Assembly (NCBI GenBank): GCA_965215605.1
Contig: OZ244070.1
Span: 2,880,001 to 2,944,000, forward strand
DNA length: 64,000 nt
Source: an uncultured Candidatus Binatia bacterium
GTDB taxonomy: Bacteria; Desulfobacterota; Binatia; UBA9968; JAJDTQ01
Reading direction: 5' to 3'
In this document: piece after piece, positions 48,447-58,182 of the stretch
Layout: each line of letters begins with the position of its first letter
Position numbering within the stretch: position 1 is the first letter of the stretch
Program-made: the position numbers and the translations under genes
The notes under the pieces: model-generated
What the model saw: only the letters and a program-made list of their open reading frames with translations
Databases searched by the model: none
Told to the model about the DNA's origin: nothing

Positions 48447-48532
48447 CACGAACTCCTCGCTGGACGCAGCGCCCGGCGCGTGTCCGGCGAGAGCCATCGG
48501 CCGGGCGGGCGGACCCAGGGTTGCGGCCGGGC

Positions 48533-48976
48533 TTACGCGCTCGGCTTGAACTTCGGCAGCGTGTACTCCTCGTGGTCCTCGTACACCACCTCCACCGCCA
48601 TCCCCACTTTCACCTCGTCGGGCGGGATGTCGATGACGTTGCTCACGAGCCGCGGCCCCTCATCGAGGTCCACGAGCGAGACGTTGTAGGGAATCTGGTC
48701 CTGGTAGGCCGGATGCCACGCCCGGTGGTAGGTGACGAAGGAGTAGATGGTGCCCTTGCCGCTCACCGGCACCCACTCGTTGTCCGATGACAGGCATTTG
48801 GCGCACAGCGCCTGGGGCGGAAAGTTGAAGTACGTCCCGCAGCCGTTGCACCGCTGCACGGTGAGCTTGTGCTCCTTGAGATTGTCCCAGAAGGGCTTGG
48901 CCTCCATCTCCGCGAGAAAAGGTTCGGCGCGGGGCGCCGCGCGCCCCCGCTTGTCGTGTGCCTCTGTCTTGCTCAT
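48533..48976 (-). CDS. DUF35 Zn-ribbon/OB-fold protein
   Basis: QRCNGCG...PPQALCAKC, SGKGTIYSF and VDLDEGPRL; overlaps the thiolase-like gene stop. Confidence 0.92.
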   Translation of the reverse strand: MSKTEAHDKRGRAAPRAEPFLAEMEAKPFWDNLKEHKLTVQRCNGCGTYFNFPPQALCAKCLSSDNEWVPVSGKGTIYSFVTYHRAWHPAYQDQIPYNVSLVDLDEGPRLVSNVIDIPPDEVKVGMAVEVVYEDHEEYTLPKFKPSA

Positions 48977-50127
48977 TGTACCCCCAGTACGAGTGATGCG
49001 TGCATGCACAGGCTGCCGCCGTGCCCGCTGATGACTCCCGCCTTCGCGCCCTGCACCTGCCGCTCGGGCTCCACCTCGTTGCCGCGCAACTGCTTGACGC
49101 CCTCGGTGACGTGCATGATGCCCTCAAGATGGGCCTGGGAAAGCAGCCCGCCGTGGGTGTTCACCGGGATCTCGCCGCCCACCTCGATGCGCCCGTCCTT
49201 GATGAAGTCCTTGCCCTCGCCCTTGCCGCAGAAACCGTAGTCCTCGATGGTGATCAGCGTGGTGATGGTGAAGCAGTCGTAGAACTGCGCGAAGGCCATG
49301 TCCCTGGGGCCGAGCCCGGCCATGCGGTAGGCCGCCTCCGACGATTTCCGGCTCCCCAGAGTCGTCAGCGTGGGCGCGTCCATGACGCTGGAGTGCGGGT
49401 GGTGCTGCCCCATGCCCAACACCTGCACGGGCCTCTTGGCCAGATCCCGGGCCCGCTCCATGCTGGTCACCAGCAGGGCGGCGCCGCCGTCCGACTCCAG
49501 CGAGCAGTCGAACAGGTGCAGCGGCTCCACGATCAGCCGGGAGTTCTGATGGTCCTCGATGGACATGGGCTTCTGCATGGTGGCGTTCCTGTTCATGCAC
49601 GCGTGCTTGCGGGTGGACACCGCGATCTGGCCCAAGTCCTCGCTGGTGGTGCCGAACTCGTGCATGTGGCGCGTGGCCGCGAACGCGTGGTTGGCCACCG
49701 CGGAGAAATGACCCCAGGGCTGCTCCCAGTGCTCATCGCCGCTGCGGATGGGGTAGCCCGGCGTGGGGTCCGGCGTCGCCCGCTTGCGCGCGTGCACGCA
49801 CACCACGTAGTTGGCCATGCCCGCCTCAATGGCCATCACCGCATTCTGGATCATGGCGATGGGCGTGGCGCCCCCCAGCGCCAGGTCGGTGGCGTAGCTG
49901 GGGTCGATGCCCGCCATGTGGGCCAGCCGCACCGCGTAGCTCCGGTGGGCGTCGGTGAGAGGCTGGTTGGTCAACAGACCGTCCACCTGGGACGCGTCGA
50001 CGCCGGCGTCCTCCAGGCACAGGCGGATGGCTTCGACGTGCAGCGAGTTGGTGGTGGCTTCGGGCCGCTTGCCCACCTGGGTCTCGCCCACGCCGACGAC
50101 GGCGTACTTGCCCGAAAGGTTTGACAT
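48973..50127 (-). CDS. Thiolase-fold protein, Ltp2/SCP2-type (probable aldolase)
   Basis: VVGVGET, DCSLESDGG, FYDCFT and NTHGGLLSQAH; the N-terminal thiolase Cys is absent (LALGGAT). Confidence 0.9.
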   Translation of the reverse strand: MSNLSGKYAVVGVGETQVGKRPEATTNSLHVEAIRLCLEDAGVDASQVDGLLTNQPLTDAHRSYAVRLAHMAGIDPSYATDLALGGATPIAMIQNAVMAIEAGMANYVVCVHARKRATPDPTPGYPIRSGDEHWEQPWGHFSAVANHAFAATRHMHEFGTTSEDLGQIAVSTRKHACMNRNATMQKPMSIEDHQNSRLIVEPLHLFDCSLESDGGAALLVTSMERARDLAKRPVQVLGMGQHHPHSSVMDAPTLTTLGSRKSSEAAYRMAGLGPRDMAFAQFYDCFTITTLITIEDYGFCGKGEGKDFIKDGRIEVGGEIPVNTHGGLLSQAHLEGIMHVTEGVKQLRGNEVEPERQVQGAKAGVISGHGGSLCMHASLVLGVQ

Positions 50128-50156
50128 GACGGTGCTCCTTGTCTCTTCGGAAGGGC

Positions 50157-51200
50157 CTACTTGTCCAGGCCGACGATCCTGCGCGCGCGGCTCACCACTT
50201 CCGGCGTCATTTGCTTCTTCATGTCGGCGATGAGCGACGTGAGGTGTTCGCCGCTCTTGGGGTTGATGTCCAGCCGTGCCCGCTTCGCGTCCTTCAGGAA
50301 ATCGGGATCCTTCATGGTTTCCTCGAACGCCTTGCGCAGAATCGCCACCCGGTCCTTGGGCGTCCCCGGGGGCAGCGCCCAGGGCCGCAGCATGGCGGCC
50401 GGCAGGAGCAGCACCTTCATGAAGGCCACGTCCGCCGGCTTGGTGATCCTCTCGTTCAGGAGCGGCACTTTTCGCGCCTCAAGCTCGGGGTGACGTTCCT
50501 CGCCGATGTAGGCGATGATCTTGATGGAGCCCTCTTCGAGCATGGACATGCCGGTGGATTTCACTGAATCCCAACTCCACCCGGTGAGGCCGTCCACTTC
50601 CTTCTGCAGCAGGCCGGCGCGCACCGGCGCGGTGCCCTTGTAGCCGGGGACGATCTTGGAAGTGTTGCCGAAGATGTCGTTCATGGCCAGCGGGATGCTG
50701 CAGGTGAGGCTGTTGCGCGCGGTGCAGCCGAAGATCAGCGGCTCGGTCTTGGGGTCGAGCCACTGGTCCATGGTCTGGATGGGCGCACCCGTGCGCGCCA
50801 CCACCGTGATCGGGCCGGTGTTGGCCAGCCCAAGCCAGATGAACTTGTTGACGTCATACCGGATGCCCGGAAAATTGAGGTACTGAGCCTGCGCGATGGT
50901 CCAGGTGGGGTGGACCAGGGCCAGGCCGTCCCGCTTCGTGATGTTGTAGACGTAGTTGCTGCCGATGAGGCCGCTGCCGCCGGGAATGTTGATGACGATG
51001 ACGTTGGGTTTGCCCGGGATGTGCTTTCCCAAGTGGCGCGCGAACAGCCGCGAGTAGGTGTCGTAGCCGCCCCCCGGGGAGCTCACCGAAACGATCTTGA
51101 CCGTCTTGCCCTCGTAGAATGACGCCGCTCCGGCAATGCTGCCGCCGGCGGCTGCCATCGCCGCCATGATGAAACTGATGAGTGCTACTCGCAGAAACAT
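50157..51200 (-). CDS. tctC: Tripartite tricarboxylate transporter substrate-binding protein (TctC/Bug)
   Basis: Signal peptide, PGGGYDTYSR, NIPGGSG, GYKG and PPGTPKDR. Confidence 0.9.
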   Translation of the reverse strand: MFLRVALISFIMAAMAAAGGSIAGAASFYEGKTVKIVSVSSPGGGYDTYSRLFARHLGKHIPGKPNVIVINIPGGSGLIGSNYVYNITKRDGLALVHPTWTIAQAQYLNFPGIRYDVNKFIWLGLANTGPITVVARTGAPIQTMDQWLDPKTEPLIFGCTARNSLTCSIPLAMNDIFGNTSKIVPGYKGTAPVRAGLLQKEVDGLTGWSWDSVKSTGMSMLEEGSIKIIAYIGEERHPELEARKVPLLNERITKPADVAFMKVLLLPAAMLRPWALPPGTPKDRVAILRKAFEETMKDPDFLKDAKRARLDINPKSGEHLTSLIADMKKQMTPEVVSRARRIVGLDK

Positions 51201-51247
51201 GTTGAGTCTCCCTCCTGTTGCTCAGATCCGATTGTTTATGGGACCGG

Positions 51248-52288
51248 TCACTTCTCCAGGCCGATGATCTTCCGGGCGCGGCTCAGCACCTCCGGGGTCA
51301 TCTGCGTCTTCATGTTGGCGATGAGGTCGGTCAGCCACTTGCCGCTCTTGGGGCTGATGTCCAGGCGGGTGCGCTTGGCGTCCTTCAGGAACGCGGGGTC
51401 CTTCAGCGTGGCTTGGAATGCCGTCTTCAGCATCCCCACCCGGTCGGCCGGGGTCCCCGGGGGCACGGCCCAGGGCCGCAGCATGGCGGCCGGCAGGAGC
51501 AGCACCTTCATGAAGGCCACGTCCGCGGGCTTGGTGATTCTCTCGTTCAGGAACGGTACCTTCCGGTCGTCCAGCTCCGGGTGACGGTCGAAGCCGATAT
51601 AGGCGATGATCTTGGCGTCACCGTCGTCGAGCATCGACATGCCGGTGGACTTCACCGAGTCCCAGCTCCACCCGGTAAGCCCGTCCACCTCGTTCTGCAG
51701 CAGCGCGGCGCGAATGCGCGCCGTCCCCACGTAGCCGGTCACGACCTCGGAGGTCTTGCCGAAGATGCCGTTCAGGGCCAAGGGGATACTGCAGGTGAGG
51801 CTGTTGAGCGACGTGCAGCCGAAGATCAGCGGCTTGGTCTTGGGATCGAGCCACTGGTCCATGGTCTGGATCGGCGAGTCCTTGCGCACCACCGCGGTGA
51901 TGGGGCCGCTGTTGGCCAGTCCCAGCCAGATCATCTTGGTGACGTCGTACTTGATGCCGGGAAAATTCAGGTACTGTGCCTGGGCCACGCCCCAACTCGG
52001 CTGGATCAGCGTGAGACCGTCCGGCTTGGTCACGTTGTAGACGTAGTTGGTGCCGATGAGGCCGCTGGCGCCGGGAATGTTGACGACGATGACCTTGGGC
52101 TTGCCCGGGATGTGCTTGCCCATGTGGCGCGCGAAGAGGCGGGAGTAGGTGTCGTAGCCGCCGCCCGGCGCGTGCACGGAAACGATCTTGACCGTCTTCT
52201 TCTCGTAGAACGACGCCGCGCCGGCCACGCTACCGAATGCCAGCAGCACCGCCGGAATGAGCCCGATCCATGCCATTCGTTGGAACAT
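51248..52288 (-). CDS. tctC: TctC/Bug substrate-binding protein, tandem paralog
   Basis: Same motifs, with long identical stretches shared with 50157-51200; ATG at 52288 after AAGGAG. Confidence 0.9.
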   Translation of the reverse strand: MFQRMAWIGLIPAVLLAFGSVAGAASFYEKKTVKIVSVHAPGGGYDTYSRLFARHMGKHIPGKPKVIVVNIPGASGLIGTNYVYNVTKPDGLTLIQPSWGVAQAQYLNFPGIKYDVTKMIWLGLANSGPITAVVRKDSPIQTMDQWLDPKTKPLIFGCTSLNSLTCSIPLALNGIFGKTSEVVTGYVGTARIRAALLQNEVDGLTGWSWDSVKSTGMSMLDDGDAKIIAYIGFDRHPELDDRKVPFLNERITKPADVAFMKVLLLPAAMLRPWAVPPGTPADRVGMLKTAFQATLKDPAFLKDAKRTRLDISPKSGKWLTDLIANMKTQMTPEVLSRARKIIGLEK

Positions 52289-52460
52289 GTTTGTTCTCCT
52301 TGTTGGATAGACAGATCTCACCCGATTTACGGTGGCTACGATAGACCAGTCAGCGGGCCTTTTCAACAATGACAACCGTTGGGGAAACCGGCGCCGTCGC
52401 CCGCTTGTCGAACGCGGCCGCCCGTGATTCTATCAAGCCCTATCCAACCTGGGAGGCCAT

Positions 52461-53600
52461 GTGTCGAAACCGATCCTGCACGGCGTCAAGGTCCTGGACC
52501 TGAGCCACATGTACCCGGGCACTCTGTGCACGTGGCTGCTGGCGGCCTTGGGGGCGGAGATCCTCAAGGTGGAGGAGCCCGGGGCGGTGCGCTCGGGGGC
52601 GCCGTTTCTCAATCAGGGCAAGAAGAGCATCGCGCTGAACCTCAAGGCCGACGCGGGACGCGAGGTCCTGTACGCCTTGGCCAAGGCGTCGGACATCGTG
52701 GTGGAGGGTTTCCGGCCCGGAGTGGCGCGGCGGCTCAAGGTGGACTACGAGACGCTCCGCCGGTTGAATCCCCGGCTGGTCTACTGCTCGATATCCAGTT
52801 TCGGACAGACCGGCCCGTCGGTGGCGTACTCCGCCCACGACATCAACTTCCTGGCGCTGAGCGGCATGCTCGGCATCGGCCGGGAGGCCGGCCGGAGGCC
52901 GCTGCCGCCCGCGGCCCAGGTGGCGGACGTGGCCGGCGGCGGGTACCCGGCGCTGAGCGCGATCCTGGCCGCCTACATCGCGGTGCTGCGGGACGGGGAG
53001 GGCCGCTACCTGGACATCTCCATGTTCGACTGGACCCTGCTCATGGTGGCGCGCTACCTGATGCTCGAACCGGCGCCACGGAGGTCGCGGCCGGAGGTCA
53101 AGCGCGAGCACGCCACCCTGGCCGGAAGTGCCGCCTGCTACGACACCTACGAGGCTTCGGACGGCGGTTTCGTGTCACTGGCGGCCCTGGGTCCGCAACA
53201 GTGGCGGCTCCTGTGCAAGGCCCTGGGCCTGGAGCGCTTCGCCGATGCTGCTTTCGATCCGGTCGAGAGTCCGCGAATCAAGGCGGCCATGCGGCGTACC
53301 TTCAGGCGCCGGCCCCGGGACCACTGGGTGGAGCTTCTCCGGAACCGGTACGGCCTCTCCGCGGCGCCGGTGTACGAGCCCGAAGAGGTCTTGCAGGACC
53401 CCCACGTCCGCTTCCGCAAGACGCTGGCCCGCCGGAAGGACACCGGCGCCGTCGAGTTCACGCCGCCGTTCTGGTTCGCCGGGGCGCGGAAGCCCGGAGG
53501 ACGCATCAGCCGGGTGGGCCAGCACACCGGGGCGGTGCTCAAGGGACTCGGTTACACGGCCGCCGAGATCCGGGAGCTACGCAAGGCCAAGGCCGTCTAA
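52461..53600 (+). CDS. Family III CoA-transferase (CaiB/AMACR-like)
   Basis: GVKVLDLS, KKSIALNLK, EGFRPG, AHDINF and QVADVAGG. Confidence 0.9.
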   Translation: MSKPILHGVKVLDLSHMYPGTLCTWLLAALGAEILKVEEPGAVRSGAPFLNQGKKSIALNLKADAGREVLYALAKASDIVVEGFRPGVARRLKVDYETLRRLNPRLVYCSISSFGQTGPSVAYSAHDINFLALSGMLGIGREAGRRPLPPAAQVADVAGGGYPALSAILAAYIAVLRDGEGRYLDISMFDWTLLMVARYLMLEPAPRRSRPEVKREHATLAGSAACYDTYEASDGGFVSLAALGPQQWRLLCKALGLERFADAAFDPVESPRIKAAMRRTFRRRPRDHWVELLRNRYGLSAAPVYEPEEVLQDPHVRFRKTLARRKDTGAVEFTPPFWFAGARKPGGRISRVGQHTGAVLKGLGYTAAEIRELRKAKAV

Positions 53601-53699
53601 TCGCGGTTGAACGCGGTTCCTGATAGGAGTAATTTTCCATAGCCCCTGTCGAGGAGGCCGTCGGGGCGCCGGTGCATGGGGCGCGGATGGAGGACACTG

Positions 53700-54821
53700 A
53701 TGTCAGACGTAAAACCGGGTCTGGAAGGGGTAGTGGCCGGCGAGACGGCCATCTGTTCGGTGCGTCCGGAGGGCGAACTGATCTACCGGGGCTACGACGT
53801 GCACGACCTGGCGGAGCAGGCGAGCTTCGAAGAGGTGGCCTACCTGGTGCTGTTCGGCAGGCTCCCCAACCGGGCCGAGCTGGAAGGGTTCGACGCGGAG
53901 CTTCGCTCCCACCGGGCGCTGCCGCCGGGGATGGTGGAAAGTCTGGAACTGCTCCCCTCGGATGCGGTGCCGATGGATGCGCTGCGTACGGCGGTGTCGG
54001 CGCTGGCGCTCTACGACCCGGACGCGGGCGACGATTCGCGTGACGCCAACCTGAGGAAGGCCACACGGCTGCTGGCGCGGCTGGCCACGGCGGTGGCGGC
54101 GCTGCACCGGCTCTCCCGGGGGCTGGAGGTGGTGGCGCCGGACCCGGAACTCAACCACGCGGCGAACTTTCTGTACATGCTGCGCGGGGAGCCGCCGGAG
54201 GAGTTCGAGGCCCGGGTGCTGGAGGTGACGCTGATCCTGTACATGGAGCACGAGTTCAACGCGTCCACCTTCACCGCCCGGGTCATCGCCTCCACGCTGT
54301 CGGACCTGTACGGCGCGGTGGTGGGCGCCATCGCGGCCCTCAAGGGCCCGCTCCACGGCGGCGCCAACGAGAAGGCCATGGACGTGATCCTGGAGATCGG
54401 AGAGCCCGGCCGGGCGGAGGCGTGGGTGGAGGAGAGCCTGCGGCAGAAGAAGCGCGTGATGGGCTTCGGCCACCGCATCTACAAGACCGCGGACTCCCGG
54501 GTGGAGGTGGCGAAGAAGTGGGGGGCGCTATTGGGCAAGCAGCTCGACGACACCCGGTTGAGCGACATCTGCATCACGGTGGAGGAGGTGATGCGCCGGG
54601 AGAAGAACCTCTGCCCCAACGTGGACTTCTATGCGGCCCCCATCTACCACATGATGAAGATTCCCATCAGTCTCAACACCCCCATCTTCGCCATGAGCCG
54701 GGTGGTAGGCTGGTCGGCGCACATCGTCGAGCAGATCGACAACAACCGCCTGTTCCGGCCCAATTCCCGGTACGTGGGCGCCGCCGGTCTCGAGTTCCAG
54801 CCGCTGGACCGCCGCGGCTGA
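53700..54821 (+). CDS. Citrate/2-methylcitrate synthase
   Basis: YRGY, EHEFNASTF, GPLHGGANE, GFGHRIYK and PNVDF. Confidence 0.93.
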   Translation: MSDVKPGLEGVVAGETAICSVRPEGELIYRGYDVHDLAEQASFEEVAYLVLFGRLPNRAELEGFDAELRSHRALPPGMVESLELLPSDAVPMDALRTAVSALALYDPDAGDDSRDANLRKATRLLARLATAVAALHRLSRGLEVVAPDPELNHAANFLYMLRGEPPEEFEARVLEVTLILYMEHEFNASTFTARVIASTLSDLYGAVVGAIAALKGPLHGGANEKAMDVILEIGEPGRAEAWVEESLRQKKRVMGFGHRIYKTADSRVEVAKKWGALLGKQLDDTRLSDICITVEEVMRREKNLCPNVDFYAAPIYHMMKIPISLNTPIFAMSRVVGWSAHIVEQIDNNRLFRPNSRYVGAAGLEFQPLDRRG

Positions 54822-54842
54822 GGGGTTGAACCAGTCGAGCCC

Positions 54843-57305
54843 ATGGCGGAGCCGCGAACCACGCCACAGGCGCTGGACGGCGTGAGGGTCCTGGAGCTGG
54901 CGGGGGCCGGCGGCGAGTACTGCGGCAAGCTCCTGGCGGATTTCGGCGCCGAGGTCATCAAGGTGGAGCCCCCCGGAGGCAGCCCTTCCCGGAGCGAGCC
55001 GCCGTTCAAGGACGACCGGCCGGGCGCGGACCGGAGCCTTTCCTTCCTCTACTTCAACGCCAACAAGAAAAGCGTCACCGCCGACCTCGGCACCGAGGCG
55101 GGCCGGGACCGTGTCCGGCGGCTGGCGCGGACCGCGGACGTGGTGGTGGAGAGCGCCGTGCCCGGTACGCTGGCGGCCATGGGGTTGGGTTACGCGGATC
55201 TGCGGGCGGCCAACCCGCGGCTGGTCCATGCGTCGGTCACGGCGTTCGGCCAGACCGGACCCTACAGCCGGTACCGCTGGTCCGGCTTGGTGGCGTTCGC
55301 CATGGGCGGGCTCATGTACGTGAGCGGCAAGCCGTCGGCGCCGCCGGTGAACGCGCCGGGGGCACAGGCGTTCCTGGTGGGTTCGGCCCACGCCGCGCTG
55401 GCGGTCCTCATGGCGCTGTGGCGCGTTCGCCATGGCGGCTCGGGACAGCACATCGACGTATCGATGATGGATTGCCTGGCGGCCATGGAGAACATGGTTT
55501 CGCGTTCCGCCTCTACCGGCGTACATCCCCGCCGGGACGGCACCCAGCACCGCTTCGCCACCCCCGGCACCATCTACCGCTGCCGGGACGGCTTCGTGCA
55601 CATCTTCGTCACCAACTCCCAACCCGGGGCCTGGAACCGGTTCGTGGACTGGCTGGGCCAGCCGGAGGCCCTGGCGGCCGACGCGTTCAACGACCCGGTC
55701 TACCGCCGCGCCCACGTGGCGGAAGTGGACCGGGTGGTTTCGACGGTGCTGGCCGGGCTGCCCAAGGAGAAGGTCTACGAGGAACTGCAGGCCCGCCACA
55801 TCCCCTGCGCTCCGGTGAACACGCCGCTGGAGTTCGTTCGTGACCGCCACATCGAATCCCGCGGTTTCGTCGTCGACACGGTGCACCCGCGCCTGGGTCC
55901 CATGGAGTTTCCCGGCCGGGCCTACAAGACCGGAAGCTGGCGGTTCCGGCACCACGCTCCGGAGTTGGGAGAGCACGATCGGGAGTTGCTCGGCGGCGGG
56001 GAGCCGGCGCCGGCTCATTCGCGTCGCGCCGAGCCGGCAGTCTCGGGCGCCGCCCCGGACGGGACGGAGCGGGCCGCGCATCCAGCCGGAAACGCCGCGG
56101 CACCGGGCGCGTTGCCCTTGGAAGGCATTCGCGTCGCCGACTTCACGCACATGGTCGCCGGGCCCTACGGCACCATGCAGCTTGCCTACTTCGGCGCCGA
56201 GGTGATCAAGATCGAATCCCGGGCGCGGCCCGACACCTGGCGCATCCGCGAGGGCAACAAGGACGTGGAGGCGTCGTTGCCGTTTGCCGACCACAACCGC
56301 AACAAGCTTTCGATCACCGCCAACCTCAAGACGGAAGAGGGCAGGGACGTGGCGCGCCGCATCATCGCCGAGAGCGACGTGGTGGTGGAGAACTTCAGCG
56401 TCGGGGTCATGGATCGTCTTGGCCTGGGCTACGAGGAGCTCAAGGCGCTGAAGCCCGACATCATCATGATCAGGCTACAGGGGCTCGGCACCACCGGCCC
56501 CCGGAAGAACTACGTGACCTGGGGCCCCAGCCTGATGCCGTTTTCTGGCATGACCTGGCTCTGGAACCACCCCGACGGCGGTGCGCCCGTGGGGTCGCAG
56601 ACCTCCTACCCCGACTACATCGTTTCCATTCACATGGCCTTCGTGCTGATGGCGGCGCTACATCACAAGGCCAACACGGGCGAGGGGCAGTTCATCGACA
56701 TCGCCCAAGGCGAGGTCACGGCATCGCTCATCGGGCCGGCGCTGCTGGACGGCTTGGTCAACGGACGCGCGGCGAAGCCCGTGGGGAACCGCGGCCACGC
56801 CGGCGCTCCCCACGGCTGTTACCCTTGCCGGGGCGACGACGCGTGGTGTGCCGTCTCGGTGGGCGACGACGAAGAATGGCGGCGTTTCCGCGCGGCCACG
56901 GGCAACCCGGCGTCGCTCGGGGACGAGCGGTTCGCCACGGCGGCGTCGCGTCTAGCCAACGCCGAGGCCCTGGACGCGGCGGTGTCCGAGTGGACGCGCG
57001 GGCACAGCCCGCGGGAGGTCATGGAGGCGCTCCAGGCGAACGGCGTAACCGCCGGGATGGTGTCCGACGGCACCACGCTCGTCACCGATCCGCACCTGCG
57101 CTCCCGCGGCTCCGTCGTCGAGCACGAGCATCCGCGCCAGGGCCGGCTCACGTTGCCGGGCATCGTCATGAAGCTCTCGGACACGCCCGGGGAGATCCGC
57201 CGCCACGCGCCGCTGCTGGGTCAGGACACCCACGCGGTCCTGAACGGACTGTTGGGACTGACCGAAAAGGAGATCCGCGGCCTGGAGGCCGCTGGGGCGT
57301 TCTGA
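54843..57305 (+). CDS. Fused tandem family III CoA-transferase (BbsE-like + BbsF-like)
   Basis: Two CaiB domains joined by an Ala/Pro linker; catalytic Asp (SYPDY) only in the second. Confidence 0.9.
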   Translation: MAEPRTTPQALDGVRVLELAGAGGEYCGKLLADFGAEVIKVEPPGGSPSRSEPPFKDDRPGADRSLSFLYFNANKKSVTADLGTEAGRDRVRRLARTADVVVESAVPGTLAAMGLGYADLRAANPRLVHASVTAFGQTGPYSRYRWSGLVAFAMGGLMYVSGKPSAPPVNAPGAQAFLVGSAHAALAVLMALWRVRHGGSGQHIDVSMMDCLAAMENMVSRSASTGVHPRRDGTQHRFATPGTIYRCRDGFVHIFVTNSQPGAWNRFVDWLGQPEALAADAFNDPVYRRAHVAEVDRVVSTVLAGLPKEKVYEELQARHIPCAPVNTPLEFVRDRHIESRGFVVDTVHPRLGPMEFPGRAYKTGSWRFRHHAPELGEHDRELLGGGEPAPAHSRRAEPAVSGAAPDGTERAAHPAGNAAAPGALPLEGIRVADFTHMVAGPYGTMQLAYFGAEVIKIESRARPDTWRIREGNKDVEASLPFADHNRNKLSITANLKTEEGRDVARRIIAESDVVVENFSVGVMDRLGLGYEELKALKPDIIMIRLQGLGTTGPRKNYVTWGPSLMPFSGMTWLWNHPDGGAPVGSQTSYPDYIVSIHMAFVLMAALHHKANTGEGQFIDIAQGEVTASLIGPALLDGLVNGRAAKPVGNRGHAGAPHGCYPCRGDDAWCAVSVGDDEEWRRFRAATGNPASLGDERFATAASRLANAEALDAAVSEWTRGHSPREVMEALQANGVTAGMVSDGTTLVTDPHLRSRGSVVEHEHPRQGRLTLPGIVMKLSDTPGEIRRHAPLLGQDTHAVLNGLLGLTEKEIRGLEAAGAF

Positions 57306-57366
57306 CGGGGTGTGGACGATTCCCGCCGGGCTGTTCTACCGGCAACGAAAGGAGTAAGGAAGAGAC

Positions 57367-58152
57367 ATGGACTACAAGGCCATCATGTTCGAGCGCAGGG
57401 ACGGCATCGCATACGTGACGTTGAACCGGCCGGAAGTGCTGAACGCCCGCAACCGCCGGATGCGCGAGGAGCTCATCGACGCGGTGACGGCGATCCGGTC
57501 GGACCCGGAGGTGCGGGTGGTGATCCTCACCGGCGCCGGGGAGCGGTCGTTCTCCGCGGGCCGGGACCTAAAGGAGGCGGCCCAGGAGAAAGTGGGCGTG
57601 GTGGCGGCCCGGCAGGCGAAGATGGAGATCGGCGACACCGAGATGATCGCCCGGCTCAACAAGCCGGTGATCGCGGCCATCAACGGCTTCGCCCTGGGCG
57701 GCGGCTGCGAGCTGGCGCTGGCCTGCGACATCCGGGTGGCGGTGGAAGGCGCCAAGGTAGGCCTGCCGGAGGTCTCCCGCGGCATGATCCCGGGCAGCGG
57801 CGGCACCCAGCGCCTGTCGCGGGTGGTGGGGCTCGGCAAGGCGCTGGAGCTGATCCTCACGGGCAGTGTGATCGACGCGGAGGAAGCCTGCCGCATCGGT
57901 CTGGTGAACAAGGTGGTTCCCCGCGACGGGCTCATGGCCGCGGCCGAGGAGTACGCCACGGCCATTGCCACCAAGGCGCCGGTGGCCGTCGTCTTCGCCA
58001 AGGAGGCGGTGCGCGAGGGCTACGAGATGTGGCTGGACGACGGGCTGCGCCTGGAGACCGACCTCTCGGCGCTGCTCCGTACCACCGAGGACGTCAAGGA
58101 AGGGGCCCGGGCCTTCGTGGAGAAGCGCGCGCCGCAGTGGCGCGGACAGTGA
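57367..58152 (+). CDS. Enoyl-CoA hydratase/isomerase
   Basis: LNRPEVLNA, FSAGRDL, GFALGGGCEL, PEV and GGTQRL. Confidence 0.95.
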   Translation: MDYKAIMFERRDGIAYVTLNRPEVLNARNRRMREELIDAVTAIRSDPEVRVVILTGAGERSFSAGRDLKEAAQEKVGVVAARQAKMEIGDTEMIARLNKPVIAAINGFALGGGCELALACDIRVAVEGAKVGLPEVSRGMIPGSGGTQRLSRVVGLGKALELILTGSVIDAEEACRIGLVNKVVPRDGLMAAAEEYATAIATKAPVAVVFAKEAVREGYEMWLDDGLRLETDLSALLRTTEDVKEGARAFVEKRAPQWRGQ

Positions 58153-58182
58153 CCGCCTTTGGCCCTCAACGCGGGAGACGAC

